Positions 12,331 through 25,579 of a DNA stretch of 64,000 bases are shown here, piece after piece. The first letter of the stretch is position 1. Each line of letters begins with the position of its first letter. The notes under the pieces were generated by a model that worked only from the letters and a program-made list of their open reading frames with translations, was not told the DNA's origin and did not search any database. The DNA comes from Phoronis australis (Eukaryota > Animalia > Phoronida). The stretch is taken from NCBI GenBank assembly GCA_002633005.1, contig NMRA01000117.1, forward strand, positions 415,731 to 479,730. The letters run 5' to 3'. The position numbers were made by a program, and so were the translations under genes.

Positions 12331-15246
12331 TACTATGCTCAAGAATGTTTCAACAGTTTCAACTCAGAACTGAATTTTTGAGCAGATGCCCATGTAGTAG
12401 CCAATCCTCTAGCTGTATTTTATCTACAAAAATCAAAAAAGTTAAGGCTCCCTGTGAAAACAGGCGAGAGAAGTGAAAGTTATTTTAATCATTGCCAATT
12501 CAAACCTCTACATTCGGTTGCCTTACGTATAACATCAAATTGTCAAATGCCAAACCCCCCAATCAACAAAAAAACTATATTCTCTGTAATGACTGTTCAT
12601 ACAAAGAATGATGGGAAGTCTTGCACTGAACTGCAAAAGGTAAACATGGAGTGCATGTGAATACAGAACTGATGTCGGGCTGGACGAAACACATATGACT
12701 AAACTCAGCCCTCCTAAAATTCCAGCAATATCCCTGAAACGTGCAAAATAACAATCCTTTACCTAACCATGAGCATTTCTGGCCCTGGCCATTGAATGAC
12801 TTTTTACCAATACTTCACTCAGCTAGAGGCACAGTCAAGCTGTTCCATGTCAGGTATGATAAACAGTATTACATAATATACTTTGCCAGATATTGCAAGC
12901 TTTCAATAAGGAGGCTAATATGTATTCAGTTGATGTCAGCAATGCTTGTTAGACAGTGATTCATAGCAGCAGGTTCCTCTAGACTAACTAGATAGACACA
13001 GATATATTTCTGAACCATGTTTCTGTCAATACTAATCACTCAGATTTGTTGATAATTACAAGCACGCTATCATGTCAAAGAAAACTGAAGATATGAAGGA
13101 GCAAAATCAGTCATTTTCATGCTGCCCGGAGTCAGTATTTTACAGTCATGACATCTTTGAAGATTTGCATTAGATTAATTAAGGTAGATGTCAATGGTCC
13201 CCTGTTGCCATCAAGCTTCAAGTTCCAACCACAGTTTGCATTGGAATCACAGTTATTTCTGGCTGCTAAAAGCCCTGAAACCTGGAACCAAGAATGTAAG
13301 TGGCACTAAGATCCTGGAACACATTCGAAACATTCAACAGTGACTGATCGTATGAGTGACGTCACAAATCAGACTAATCGACTTGAAAACTGTTAGTCGG
13401 ACTGAAATATTACTATGTGGTACCATATGCAAGTCATTGCAGGGAAGTTCTAAATCCTGGGGCTGTTCGTTCAAAGCACTCGGCAGGTACACTTTCAGAT
13501 TTCAAGTGAGTAGCCAGTGAAGTGTTCTACAAATTGTGATTTTATATTGAAAGAACGGTTTTGTTTTCAAAATTTTGGTCAGTTTGCATTAAATGTTGAT
13601 TTCTATAATTCATGACTTGTTTCCCACTCACTATAACCAATACTGATCAAAAGCAATTATGGAAACTCATCGGACAGAAACATGCATTTTCAAAAAGGAA
13701 GAGGGAACTTTCATTATTTCCTCAAAACATACAAGACCATCACAGAGCATTGATGTATGACCATCATGTGCATTGCACAGAGTAGAGATACAAGGGATGG
13801 TCATTACCATTCTCAATGGAGGGAACAGTGTGCGTAAGCTTAAAATAGTCTGGGGGGAGGGCACAGAGCAAGTCAGCTATGCTCGCCTCAGTAGGAACAC
13901 ACCTGCCACCCTTCACCATGATTTTTAAAGTAGTTAGTTAGATAGAGAGGAAAAAGACAAAGAAACAGACAAAAATAATGTACTGTCAAATTTCATGAAG
14001 ATCCATCAAACAACAAACAAAAAAGAAATATGCCACTAGGGAACACCACAATAGTTGAACCTTTCCAAAAATCCTCAGCAGCCGTGCTTATATTAGTAAG
14101 AACACATTTGCCAATTTTCTTTTTATGTTCTTTCAAGCATCTTGGCAAACAAAAAGGACACCAGGTAGCATAAAATAAGTCAAATCTGTCAGAAAATGAG
14201 AAGGTGTCATGAAACCTAATTGCCAAATTTCACGAGAAGGCCAAGTAATACACAACTGCCGGAGGAGAAAACACAATATGACTTTACTCATCATAAGTTA
14301 TTCTTGTAGCAAACTCCATGAAAAAACCAAGGAACAACTGCTATGAGTGTTTTTCTAGAAAAAGTATGAAGAAATGTAGGGTAAAGTTGAATCAAAACCA
14401 CAACTTTTCTCATGTAATAAAAGGCCATTAATGCATCGTACAAAAACAACATGAAATCTTGAATGTAAAGTGCACAACAAATCTCACAAAGTTTAAAGAC
14501 AAATAAAACATTGTTTACAAACTCAGAATGTAAAGTTTTACGTTATCATTTATCGGCAGACAATTGTCCACCTTCGTGGATATTTTACCTTCAACACTGC
14601 AATCTTGTCACATTGTATCAAATTATATTGTTATGATCATAACTTTTCTTTAAACGCATCATTCATGCGCCAAACACGTGTGTTGCTTGAGATGACATTT
14701 ATTGATTTCAATACTTGCCAAACACTCAGCAATTTTCTGACCTTTTTGATTTTAGACAAATTCAGATGTTTCGAACATGGATTTCTTCTTAGTGCGCAAG
14801 TCGTTTTGCATGAAAATTTGTGCGCTTTCTTTATGGTCTACTTCCAATGGACCAATGTCTCCAGATTTTCAATTTCCTTCGCACAAAGGAGTTATAAACT
14901 CTTGGCTGTTTGAGTGTAAATCAAGTCTGAAATACTGTTCCCTGCGTATCATTTTTGGAAATTCAAGTTCATTACAAAAAATAATATTTTCACAAAAATG
15001 GTGGTCAAGCGATAATTAACCATTATGTGACATTTTAAGGTACTGATTAAGATTTTCAGAAATAGATGATTCCATAAAAAATTTTATGGGTTGAAAATGG
15101 CCAATTACAAAGTTTTTTGATGAAGCGTGAAAGGACGTCACGAACGTCAATAATCTAATTTTCCCTAGTGAGGTGTCGCGTTAACCTGTGAAGGTGAGAA
15201 ACGACACTAGCGACGTCAGTGGTTCATCTGCAGAGTGAATGCCGCT

Positions 15247-15450
15247 ATGTTGCGGTGCATCGTTCCCGCTTGTGCGAGCTATGCAGCTGCGAGGAAAGCG
15301 GGAATATCGTTTTTTCGACTTCCTCGAGAGTCCGAAATGTTTAGGAAGTGGATCGCAGTAGTGAAGAATGAAAAGTACGCAGTAAATGGCAAGTATGAGA
15401 CCGTGGAGCATCTCCTTGTCTGTGGCTTGCAGTTGTCAACAGCCGCGTGA
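15247..15450 (+). pseudogene. THAP zinc-finger domain remnant within the transposon
   Basis: MLRCIVPAC...GISFFRLP...RKWIAVV...LLVCGLQL matches the C2CH THAP pattern (CxVPxC, SFxxP, W, VCxxHF). The final His is Gln and an early stop follows. Confidence 0.75.
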
Positions 15451-16017
15451 GTGCCTGACGAATGCCAGCTTGCCAAATAACTATCCCTACGTTCCGTTGT
15501 CCGAGCTTTTTCACGGCGCCTCTTTAGTATTTCTTCATCACTGTATTCCTTCCTGTTCGAACTGATAGCCTGTGAAACCTAACGATCCACCTGCGAAGTC
15601 TTCGTCGGGACTGATGAGCTCTCGTCTAAGTCGCAGGGGATTGCGAGTTGCAATGTTGACGTTTATTACTGAGGGTTCTGTTTCAAAATGAATTATTCAC
15701 ACCCTAACCAATACTTATATAAAACTGAAACAAAGTCTGTCTCATTAGATCCAATTTGTAATGCCTTTGGAGTGTTCCTGAGTGCAAATGATTTGAGAAG
15801 CCAGCAATGAATAAATCACTGCGTTACCGACTTTAGGTGCAATAAAACTAATTGACGGGACACCGAGGCCGTGTGAGCTCATGCTAATTTAGTGTTTGAC
15901 GGCTGAAACTGTTGTGAAACAACCCCATTTCCATCCCACAGCCAGGTGTTAGGGGAATCTTTATTTATATTTACATTATTCAAATAATGATTGTCAATGT
16001 ACAACTTCTGCCCTGAC

Positions 16018-16261
16018 CATGCATGCACATATGGGGGCTCGGGGTCTCTAACGAGGGCAAAGTGGCGAAGTGGGCAAAAAGGTCCGCCTCTAGGAAACAA
16101 AAAGTTCGAGAAAATGAGACTAAAGTCCTCTAAATAAGCACAATCGCACAATTCACAGTGGTGCCCCCGTTTTTTTTTTAGCTCACCCGCTTTTTTGTTA
16201 CCAAAAGGCCCACAACGTCAGAAATTCGAGCCTCCCATAATGATGGCTGGGTGTGCGCATG
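16018..16261. mobile_element. 244-bp insertion with 5-bp TSD (CTGAC) nested in the Kolobok-like element
   Basis: CTGAC|CATGCATGCAC ... GTGTGCGCATG|CTGAC; the paralogous copy at ~59441 has the empty site CCCTGACGGTG. Confidence 0.85.
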
Positions 16262-19200
16262 CTGACGGTGGTGTGGACAAAGCGGAACCTGAATTCGTGG
16301 CCCCGACGAGTAAGTAGATTTGCAGTTTCGTGGCTAATTCACCAACATAATCATGTGCACATTACTTTGGCTCACTAGTATATTTTCCTGACTAAAAGTT
16401 TAGTTTCCAACTTTGACTGGTTTATGTTCATGATGTCTGATTAGTTTCCGAGCCACTTGTCGGGATAACGAGTCAATCGGGCCGGCCGTGACGGGCCTGA
16501 TCGGGCTCCAAGCCACTGGCCAGGATAACGAGCGTTTTGCATGTTTAGAACTCAAAAAATCACAATTCTAAACAACACAGACTAGGTTCTCCTGTCAGTA
16601 TATCACGGAAAAATACTTCGAATTTCTCTCCGAATAGACCCCAAACTCCTGCTACGGACCTTATTGGATTGCCGAGCCGTTGTAGGCAACGGCCGTGTCC
16701 AAATACCAATAAATCCGTAACAGCGAAATAAAACAACACGTTTTTATAAGAACTCGGTGTATTTTTAAAGGTTTTACATCGAAGTTTGATGATATGTTTA
16801 CATCGAAGTTTGATAATATATTGGTGTAAAACGATGAATTCAAGCGATAAGCTGACACCCGTAACCCGTGTTGTGAACTGCTGAACAGACTGCGTGTGAA
16901 ACCAATTACGTCATTGGAGAATTTCAACACCTCAGTCTGCCATCAGGTGTCAGGTAACACAACCGTGCGTGCCGTTATGGAGCAGAACTACTCGATCTAA
17001 ATTGATACAAATTAGGTAGTTTTTGGGTGGCATGCTCCTTTAATATGCTCCGCAAAATTTTTGCTTTACAAATTGTCTCGTGTTTTCGAAATACATGTAT
17101 GAATGATTAAGTGCACATTTTCAAGAGCGCTTAGACGACCTATGTTGCAAAAACGGAGACCCTAACAACAATTGCCCCAGTCAGGGCCCTCAAATGGTAA
17201 ACCATACACTGATACCGAGTTGTCAAAGTTCTCAGTATTCGAAGTCTTTCTTTTTTGTTTTGCCCTAGCCCCACAGCTTTGTCGGCTGCCATGGTTTAAC
17301 CCTGAGGCATGCAATTTTTTGGGGTGGCACTCGCCCTCCCCCGCTTACTAAGGTCCTGATGCAGGGAGTCCATTGTTGGTCCAAGGTCAATGTTGTGTTT
17401 CAACACGCACTCGTTGTATAGCTTGAGCATTAAAGGTTTAAGAAATACAGGAACAGTTTTGCGCATTTAATTGTGCGTGTAAAAGGGTTTATGGATTCGT
17501 ACTGAATTTGTTGCTGCAACTTGTCTCATGGGCCTGTACCCGGCACGTGACCACAAGTTTGGACACAAATTCTGCTGTTGCAAGTCGACGGTAGCAAGGT
17601 GGCCAGTGAAAATGTAAGGCAGCACCAGGCCAGTGGGCATGTGCGATTTCTAGTCTCTTATTAGTGAAAACCATTGAAGGCAATTATCAGCACCTGCAAA
17701 CAAGAATTTTGTATGGAGAATTTCAACAGGAGTTTGCTGTAGACTTAGTCGCGAAGCTGCCGACATTCCAGCCACGGTTACTGCCAGTCCTTCGAAGCAA
17801 TTATAGCACATATATACGATTTTTTAAGAATGGCAAGGGTGCGTTTTGTGTTGACGGAAATGTCCATGGCGTCGAGGAATCTGAGGCATTTAATGATGAA
17901 CAACTGTTGTGGCTTAATTTGGAAAAACACTTAGCAATACTAACTTCCAAGTATGCATACTGTGGCGGAATTAAGAAGTAGCAGATAAAAGGTTGATTGG
18001 CGCAGGAGAAGGCCGATGTCTTCAATGCTCAGAAAAATTTTAGCAGGCAAGAGACTTGCCAAGAAAATGGCACAGTTGAGTCCGGGCATTCTAAAGGAAA
18101 GAACTGCAGCCAATTCCAGTTATTCGGTGCAACTTCTCTCACCCGACGGCGTTGTTTCACGATACCGCAACCTCAAACAAGGTCAAAGAAACGAAACGCG
18201 GAGGGTGAGATATTACAGAGTATTAATATTTATTCTTGGATACAGGTGTTCACCTCAAATGCCGATAGCAATGTTTTTGTCAGCTGCGTCTATGGTTCTG
18301 ACACTTCAAACTTTTGTCAACACGATAGGCAGCCGCAGAAAGTTCGATGTTGACCTCATTCTAATCTTCTCTGCAATCCACAGTCTGGGGACGAAAACAA
18401 TTCAAAGTCCGCTCCTTGAAATAGGGCTTGCTTAGCTGGAATTCAGAACTGCGATCATGAGAGTGTTTTCACCTCCTGATTGCGAAGCAATCGAGTTAGC
18501 TGTGGTATCTTCATCAGCACGTGCTCTCAGCGGGAGGTCACTGCTTTATCCACTCAAGCGCTCGACAACAACTAAACTGACGAGAGTCTCAGAACTCCCA
18601 CATGCATTGATATGCAAATGAGGGAGTACTTGACTACTGCGCCATCTATACATCGACGGAAAAGCTTAAATACCCGTGACTGCGTGTGGGAAGTTGCGAT
18701 TGCGTGCGCTGAAGTCGATATTTTCAAAGTACAATTACACCACTGTTTAAGGTTGCAAAGTGAGTTTTTTTATGATATCCTTCTATAGAAAAAGCTTTAA
18801 TCTCTCTGATAAAATCATCTGTTACGTTTTAAACGAAACTTAAGTCCTGAAATTAGTCCCGGGAAAGAGGCCAAAAACGGCGGTTTAGCTAATTGTCCCT
18901 TCCTGGTTATCTCTTCCTGATGTAACTAAAAACATTTAAATCATAATCTAACAAAGAATCACTTGTGGCCAAGTTGTTTTGTTAAGCATTGTACTTTTCT
19001 ATTTTAGCTTGTTTTTTAGCTCGTTTCAAGCACAGCAAGTTACATATTTCTTATTCGATCGACATGAAGCATTTGCAGAAGTGAGGTCAAATAAGGGGCT
19101 CAGCATCAGTCAAAAAATGTGTGAAATGATGGCCACCAGGGTGTACTGCTGACCTGGCTAACACTGTTTCTTTCACCAGATTGGCAAAAACAAAAAATTC

Positions 19201-19389
19201 CGTCAAAACCTATTCAGTAATAATTTTACTTCATATTGCAAACTGGATAAAACGAGCAGAACCATGGGGTAAATATGTGGCTGCATAAAAATTGGATATT
19301 CAGAGAAATTCACAAGAAGGGAAATTTCCCAAATATTTTTTGTCCGAAATTGATAAAATTTACCATAAACTGTTAGCACTCAATAGAAG

Positions 19390-19447
19390 AGACAAAGTTG
19401 TGGGTTCAAGTCCCACTGGGACACACCGCTAGACCCATGAGTCAGGT
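19390..19447 (+). mobile_element. tRNA-derived SINE fragment (same family as 38371)
   Basis: B-box GGGTTCAAGTCCC followed by ACACCGCTAGACCCATGAGTC, matching CACCGCTAATCCCTTGAGTC at ~38447. Confidence 0.5.
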
Positions 19448-20132
19448 TTTTAGCTCCTCTGCTTGGTTTTAACCATTAGGGCATTCTGCTGTTCAGTGAC
19501 ATTACCAGACATACAGCAGTTGAGAGCAAGTGATAACATCTAGCTCCTTTGTTAACTCCCCAGCACACAGTCTTTTGTCTGGTAAGACCACATGAAGGCC
19601 AATTATCTACCAGGCTTATTACCGACCACATGTGAACACAGTCAAACCCAGTGTGTTGGTACGTTCGGACTGAGTAGATTGTCTTAACTTCGGTTGTAGT
19701 TGGGCAATTTTGGTGATTCAAAAACTAAAACATGAGCATTTGACAAGGAATTCAGAAATATTATTGGTTGGTTTACATTCAAACATTTTTATAGCTTAAC
19801 TTTAATTTTTAACAGCACAGCCCAGTCAGGCTAGATACGATCTTATCGGAGATAAGAGCAATTATCGAACAAAAGAGAGCTGACCCTCCAACCATAAATG
19901 CAAGAATGGACTTAATCAGTCGTGTAAGATATTGGCAACACCGGTCATCTGTCCAATTTGTTGTTGTGCTATAAAACCGAACAAGTTAGACTCAACAAGA
20001 AAACGTCGTAATGTATAAGGCACAAAAATGGTTCTAGGTGGTCAGTGCAATAAGCCCACATGCATGGCCTGCACACGTCTGGTACAATGTGCACCAGACC
20101 ACCTGCACTCAGTACACATATGTTCAACTGAC

Positions 20133-20297
20133 CTGATGAGGACCCAGTTCAAACGCCATACTTCGGGTGATGGCATCTACTGCTGCTTTTGATGCACAAT
20201 ACACTGCGTGATCTGTCAATGCACGTTGTGAGGCTTGACTAGACACGTTGACTACGGCGCCACCTTGTTTGCGCGTGACCATCTGCTGAGCAACCAC
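20133..20297 (-). CDS. DCXR: L-xylulose reductase-like SDR, coding exon 5 (catalytic S and YxxxK)
   Basis: [55 protein letters not shown], flanked by TAG| and |GTCAG, phase 0. Confidence 0.92.
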
Positions 20298-20770
20298 CTA
20301 TGAGACAGATAGAAAAGTACAGTCATTTCCCACTTAGTGCATAAGCCACTAATCTTGGTAATGGGTTTCGTGAAGTAGAGTATTTTTCAATTTTTAAGAA
20401 CAGGCTCACACTATCATTTACCCTTGACATTCTCCGTCCAGGCATCTGATCATGTAAATGCACAAAAAGTAGTGCTGCAATAAGACTCCAGCTCCGTTTA
20501 TCTTTGCGTTTTTCACCTGTTGTCACCGACCACCAAAACAGTACATATTCAAACAAACAGGATGGCAGCTGAGTACCTATTTCTCAGTGTTGCATCAATG
20601 TCTGATGGCTGTATTTAATTTTCAATCCTTGATGCTCATTTGAAATACCCTGATATTTTCAGAAAAAAAAACAGGTTCCTCATTCAAGAAGAATGTTATT
20701 TCATTTACCATAATTACACCTTACATGACCAAGGACACCGTTTGTAAAATAAGATACTTGCCGAACTCAC

Positions 20771-20813
20771 CTGAGATATGTTGATCAAAGCTTTTACATT
20801 GACGTTAAAAACG
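20771..20813 (-). CDS. DCXR: DCXR-like SDR, coding exon 4
   Basis: CAG|C GTT TTT AAC GTC AAT GTA AAA GCT TTG ATC AAC ATA TCT CAG|GTGAG = (S)VFNVNVKALINISQ; phase fits the neighbouring exons. Confidence 0.9.
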
Positions 20814-22239
20814 CTGCAAGACAGGCAGAAGGGGTGTTAAAACATTAATTTCAATCCAACAGTACTCATTTTCAGATTCAACTAAAATGAAAAAGCACAC
20901 CCTCACTACGGTAAAATCATGCCAATGTCCAACAAAATTAATTGCTCTTCACTTTTAATAGCCTTCTAACACTACTGTGAATGGCCACAGTTTCTCAAAA
21001 CATATAGTCCAATGGCAGCTATGGTATAGAAGTTACGACTTATAAAGCGGTGAAAAAGTAAAGACAAAATGTCATTTGTCTTCCATATATTGTCTTAAGT
21101 TATCGAGGTTTTACTGAATTTATATGCAAAAAAACACTTTTTTCCAGCAAAGTATGTCTTGATAAAAGCAGCAATACTAGAGCTCTGGCATTTCCACCTG
21201 ACGGAGAAGTGTTCGCAATTCGAAAGCTTCTGTTGCTGTTTTATTGCATATCTTACCTGAAATGAAGGTGTTATCTTATTGCAAATTCTATATTATTTCA
21301 AAACCCAAAATCACCAATCCCCACTTTATTTTTAATGGATACTGTTCAACTGTCAAGTAAGAGTACCCTAAACAACTTGTTAGCATCACTATGTAATCTA
21401 AGATGCGTTAAGCAGAAATCGGAACATTTTGACAACTCCGTAATTTACTTTTGTTGAATTTTAAACCAGAGTACCGGGTGCAACAGGTGTAGTCATGATG
21501 ACAAAAAATGAGACCAGAAACCAGCATCATTTCACTGTATGGGTACAAGTTTTTACATTGTCTATAAAGACAATACAGGTGCTAGCTTAAAAACGAAGGC
21601 ACAAAATACGCCTACCTATTGCTTTAGACCAGTTTGGCTTTCAATTCCACTTGGTCTGTTCACAAAATTGTTGAAAACTTACAATTTTGTAGAATATCTA
21701 CAATTTTCCAAATAGCTTATCTATTAGGGTACACTTTTTCCTCTAGAAATTACCCTCGTGAGGGGATATGACTGAGGTTTTGTCTTCGTGTGTCACACAA
21801 AATATAAGTTACACTCATTTACCCCACGTTCTACTACAAGATACATTATCCAGAAGCACTGTGATTACTGTTGCCTGTTACCAGACTAGTTTTCACCACC
21901 ACCACAGTCAGTATTATGATTGCTTTTCTCATTCAATTTTTCCAAGCATCCTGGGCTCAGCTATTCAGGTATCTATAGGAGGTAATAAAACAATTACCTT
22001 CTCAGCCAGGACATAAACCCTCTGTGAAGCTGTGTTTAGTTACGCAGACCAACTGGGACAATTGTACGAATAAGACCAGGGTTCACAAAGAGTTGCTTTC
22101 ACTGACCTTGCATGTCCATTTCAAAAGATTTCTTGTGTGTGAACGATACCCATGATTTATAACCCTCCGCACTATGCGGACTAGCCCAAAATGACTGTCA
22201 TTCTCTATAGTATTTCCATCTTTGGATGCTACCTCTTAC

Positions 22240-22394
22240 CTATCAATCTGATCCTCTTCTATGTCTAGGAAGGGAAAACATTTTGCAACGCCAGCATTGT
22301 TCACCAGAAGATCAATAACACCCATTGATGTGATTGCCTCTCTAGTCGCTTGCCAGTCACAGACGTCCAAAGCAACAGTTTCAATTCCAGGATT
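22240..22394 (-). CDS. DCXR: DCXR-like SDR, coding exon 3
   Basis: NPGIETVALDVCDWQATREAITSMGVIDLLVNNAGVAKCFPFLDIEEDQID; NNAG motif; CAG| and |GTAAG. Confidence 0.93.
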
Positions 22395-22995
22395 CTGCAA
22401 CAGCAAGATCACAAAACGCAATAATGTTAGTGTAACTGAACAAGCATCCCTTAAAAGCTCATAAAATGACCAGTCGATAAGGCCAATTTATGGACCCTGG
22501 TCTTCCAACAGGAATCCCTTTTAATCTGAGTAAAAACTATTTTACAATGCTAAAGTAGTAGTTCTTTTGAAAGCAGGTGCAGCTACAGCTGCTTTAACAC
22601 ACAAGACACAAATACCAAATAATGTCAAATGATTTGTTCAACCATTGTTAGTCTAGTAACAAGGCATGGCACAGCATTGAAATTGCAATGAAACTTCAAA
22701 AGACATTCCCACTCAGATAGATTTCAGTCAAGGCAGACAAGGTCTTTTTATTTTTCTACTGCATTCAATACTCTATACTGCATAATCCGGGATAAATGGA
22801 AGGGTGTAGGATTGGTTTCACTCATATCTTTAAAATAGAGCTCTCATTATTAAATCGAGTATTTACTGTTCCAACTCCCCCAGAACACTGATCACGTCTC
22901 TGGCTTTTAAGGGACTGACATTACACCTATGTATTCTACACAAGGTTGAATAAGCGCATTCTTCAAATCAGTTACAGCTCTCATTTCACCATTAC

Positions 22996-23093
22996 CTCAG
23001 CTTTCAGACTATCCAGGTCAGCTTGTGTTCTACTGACAGCAAACACACGAGCACCACATTTGTGTAAAGCTGAAGCCACCGCTCGCCCAATGC
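22996..23093 (-). CDS. DCXR: DCXR-like SDR, coding exon 2
   Basis: (G)IGRAVASALHKCGARVFAVSRTQADLDSLKAE completes the TGAGKGIG Rossmann motif; TTTTCAG| and |GTAAT. Confidence 0.93.
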
Positions 23094-23336
23094 CTGAAAA
23101 GAGAGAAAACTGTTATCCAACCACAATAATCTAATTTTTAATCTACATTCTAGGATTCAAGGTAAATAAAATATTTTGCTACCAAAGGTCGCATTCTTCA
23201 ACTATCTTCCCAATTTTACAACTGAGTCGTTACAAATCAGCCAATTGAAATCAACGTGGTGATTTGCAACAGCATCCATGTATAATGCACTCTCAAATTT
23301 GGGTAACATGACTGTTAGAATTTCTATAATTGACTG

Positions 23337-23420
23337 GTGGTCCCAATAGCTTAGTGGACTACAGCGTTTGCACAGTTAGCAGAAACTCCTGAGTTGAAAT
23401 CTCAGTCTTACAGAGATCTT
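23337..23420 (+). mobile_element. Decayed tRNA-derived SINE head
   Basis: A-box TAGCTTAGTGG and B-box-like GAGTTGAAATCTC at tRNA spacing; acceptor stem does not close. Confidence 0.45.
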
Positions 23421-24773
23421 TTCAGACCTAACTGTAAGGCCATGTGACATGACCAACATAATGCGTACGTATACGAAGATGAATAATTCTTACCTATCTT
23501 CTCAATAAACACAATAAAGTGACTCCTAAAGTATTTTTACTGAAGGTAACCTCACAAACAGGAGTTGCTTTATTTTTTAAGGATGTAGACCCAGACTTCT
23601 CTATGCTTTATAAACACACAAGTTCATAACGTTTGAAATGGGATCAAAAGCGCATACCACCAACTCACCACTCTAGTTGTCACCTCGGTACGCTGGCATC
23701 AGACCCAGACTAAGTTAAAGGCATTTCCATATACACGAGTCGTGTTGATGAATAGGTACTACTTTTTGGACTACACAGGGTCTTTAGGAAAAAGGGAAAA
23801 AAAACAATTGTAGTGATTTCTGGTGCAGCCACCACAAACACATATTGACTAATTGAAGCTGTCATCTGTATCTCATGTCAGGTCACATGAATCTACTAAG
23901 TTGTCTGTTTATAGAATGTGTTGTTGTCTCCCATTCCGCTCAGGAAGTGAGCTCCTCCATCCGCGAGTCAGGGTACCCTTAATATGAACGAACGAGTGCA
24001 CAGCGTCTCAGATAATATGTTTACGTTTCAGCTTCCTGTTTGATTTTGAGCAGTGCCAAGCACTGAGTGGAATGTGCCTAAGCATTTGGTTATTTCAACT
24101 CGCGCATTTTGACTACTTAACTAACAATTAACCTACCCTTGTGAATTCAGTTCAGTGCCTGAGCAAAATGTCCAGGTGCTCCCACAAGATAGTTCCAGGC
24201 TTTTAAAACGTACACAAGACTTTTTATGGTACTTTTGTACTTTTCGCCCAAAACAGGAACTTCTAATAGACAAAGAACCATTTTTCAGGATTCAAGGAAA
24301 AAATAAAACATATATATAATACATGGATGGAAAGATGGGCATTGCCGTATGTCTTATTCATATTCAAATTAGGAGTCATGTGACTTCAGTGGTATGCAGA
24401 TCAGTTAATCCAGGTTCTAATTAGGCCTCATACAATTACCAGTACTTCAACAAAGCTATGTCCTACTTCCACGTTTCAATGATTTTAAATCATTAAGACA
24501 CTCTTATTTTTTTCAAGGAACCTATTTCTCTCTGAAAAAGATACTCTTTTTGCAGCCTTGTATGTCTGAATGGGGACTATGCATTTTGTCTAACATGTGA
24601 CCTTCAAATCATAATTCAAGACAGTCTAACTTTGATAGTATCACTTTAACAGAAAGACACCCATTATGAGATAAAAGAATAGTCTCCGGAACTACTAAAA
24701 TATCATATGGGACTGAAATAGTTTTAACTTTTTTTCATTAGAAACCGATCCCATTTCCTGTTGTAGCACATAC

Positions 24774-24825
24774 CTTTACCAGCTCCTGTTACCAAAGCAG
24801 TCTTTCCATCAAATCGGATTTCCAT
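24774..24825 (-). CDS. DCXR: DCXR-like SDR, coding exon 1
   Basis: MEIRFDGKTALVTGAGK-G|GTATG. An acceptor TATTTCCTAG lies 3 nt upstream of the ATG, implying a 5'UTR intron. Confidence 0.92.
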
Positions 24826-25579
24826 GTTCTAGGAAATACAAGTGATTGAACATAGTTAAATATTTTTCATAAGAATACACATAAAAATAAACCGCAACAA
24901 TGATCATACTGCTTTAAATTATGTTCAGTTTTTAAAAATCAACTTTTAGCCCTAGTAAATATGAGTGCATCACAATCTTGAAATAATTCATGGAAATTAT
25001 TTCAGTAACTACTGGTCATGTGCTTATTCGCAGACATTGTACTTTTGCTCAAGCGAGATAAAATAATTTTTTCAGAAATAGTTGTGTGGAGATTGAGACC
25101 AGATTTCTGACCAACGGTCACTCTTCATAAAAAAGACTCCTTGGGCCGGGGGTCTAATCTATGTACTCGAAATAGAACTCAAAATTATTTTTGGCATTTT
25201 CCACTCTACTTTTGTGCAAACTCAAGATAAGTGTCTATTAGTTCGTGCACAAGTACATTATAGTTTCTGCGCATCGATTTCGCGTTCATGTTCACACTTG
25301 ATTTGAGCTAACAAGTCTATTAAAAACTCTAAATTTCAAGTAAAATCTTAAAATTTTGAGTTCAGACTCGAATTTTCCGCCTTAATGCTGGGGTCATCAA
25401 GAGCAAACTAGGATTAGATAGTTAAGTTAAAAATAAAGCCATTGTATACTCGAAAATAGAATAACAGATAGTTATGTCTAGGTTGCACAAAATTCCAAAA
25501 ATGATTAAGACTTTGAATTCTAGTAAAAATTAAATCTCAGGCTCTGGTCTACGTGGCAATGGCTTATCTCTTACTTTTA

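Larger units (their letters stand above)
15170..17039 (+). mobile_element. Kolobok-like non-autonomous transposon (TTAA-flanked), copy 1, left end missing or replaced
   Basis: Colinear homology with 58865-60189 from GAGGTGTCGCG onward; right end GGGTGGCATGCTCCT|TTAA; carries a THAP relic and a nested insertion. Confidence 0.8.

Noticed and set aside
16154-16160. RSS heptamer CACAGTG inside a 5-bp-TSD element (Transib/RAG link)
   Set aside because: It is internal rather than terminal, and there is no properly spaced nonamer; expected by chance
23337-23420. Functional tRNA genes here and at 38371 and 53278
   Set aside because: A/B boxes are present but cloverleaf stems do not close; treated as SINE relics
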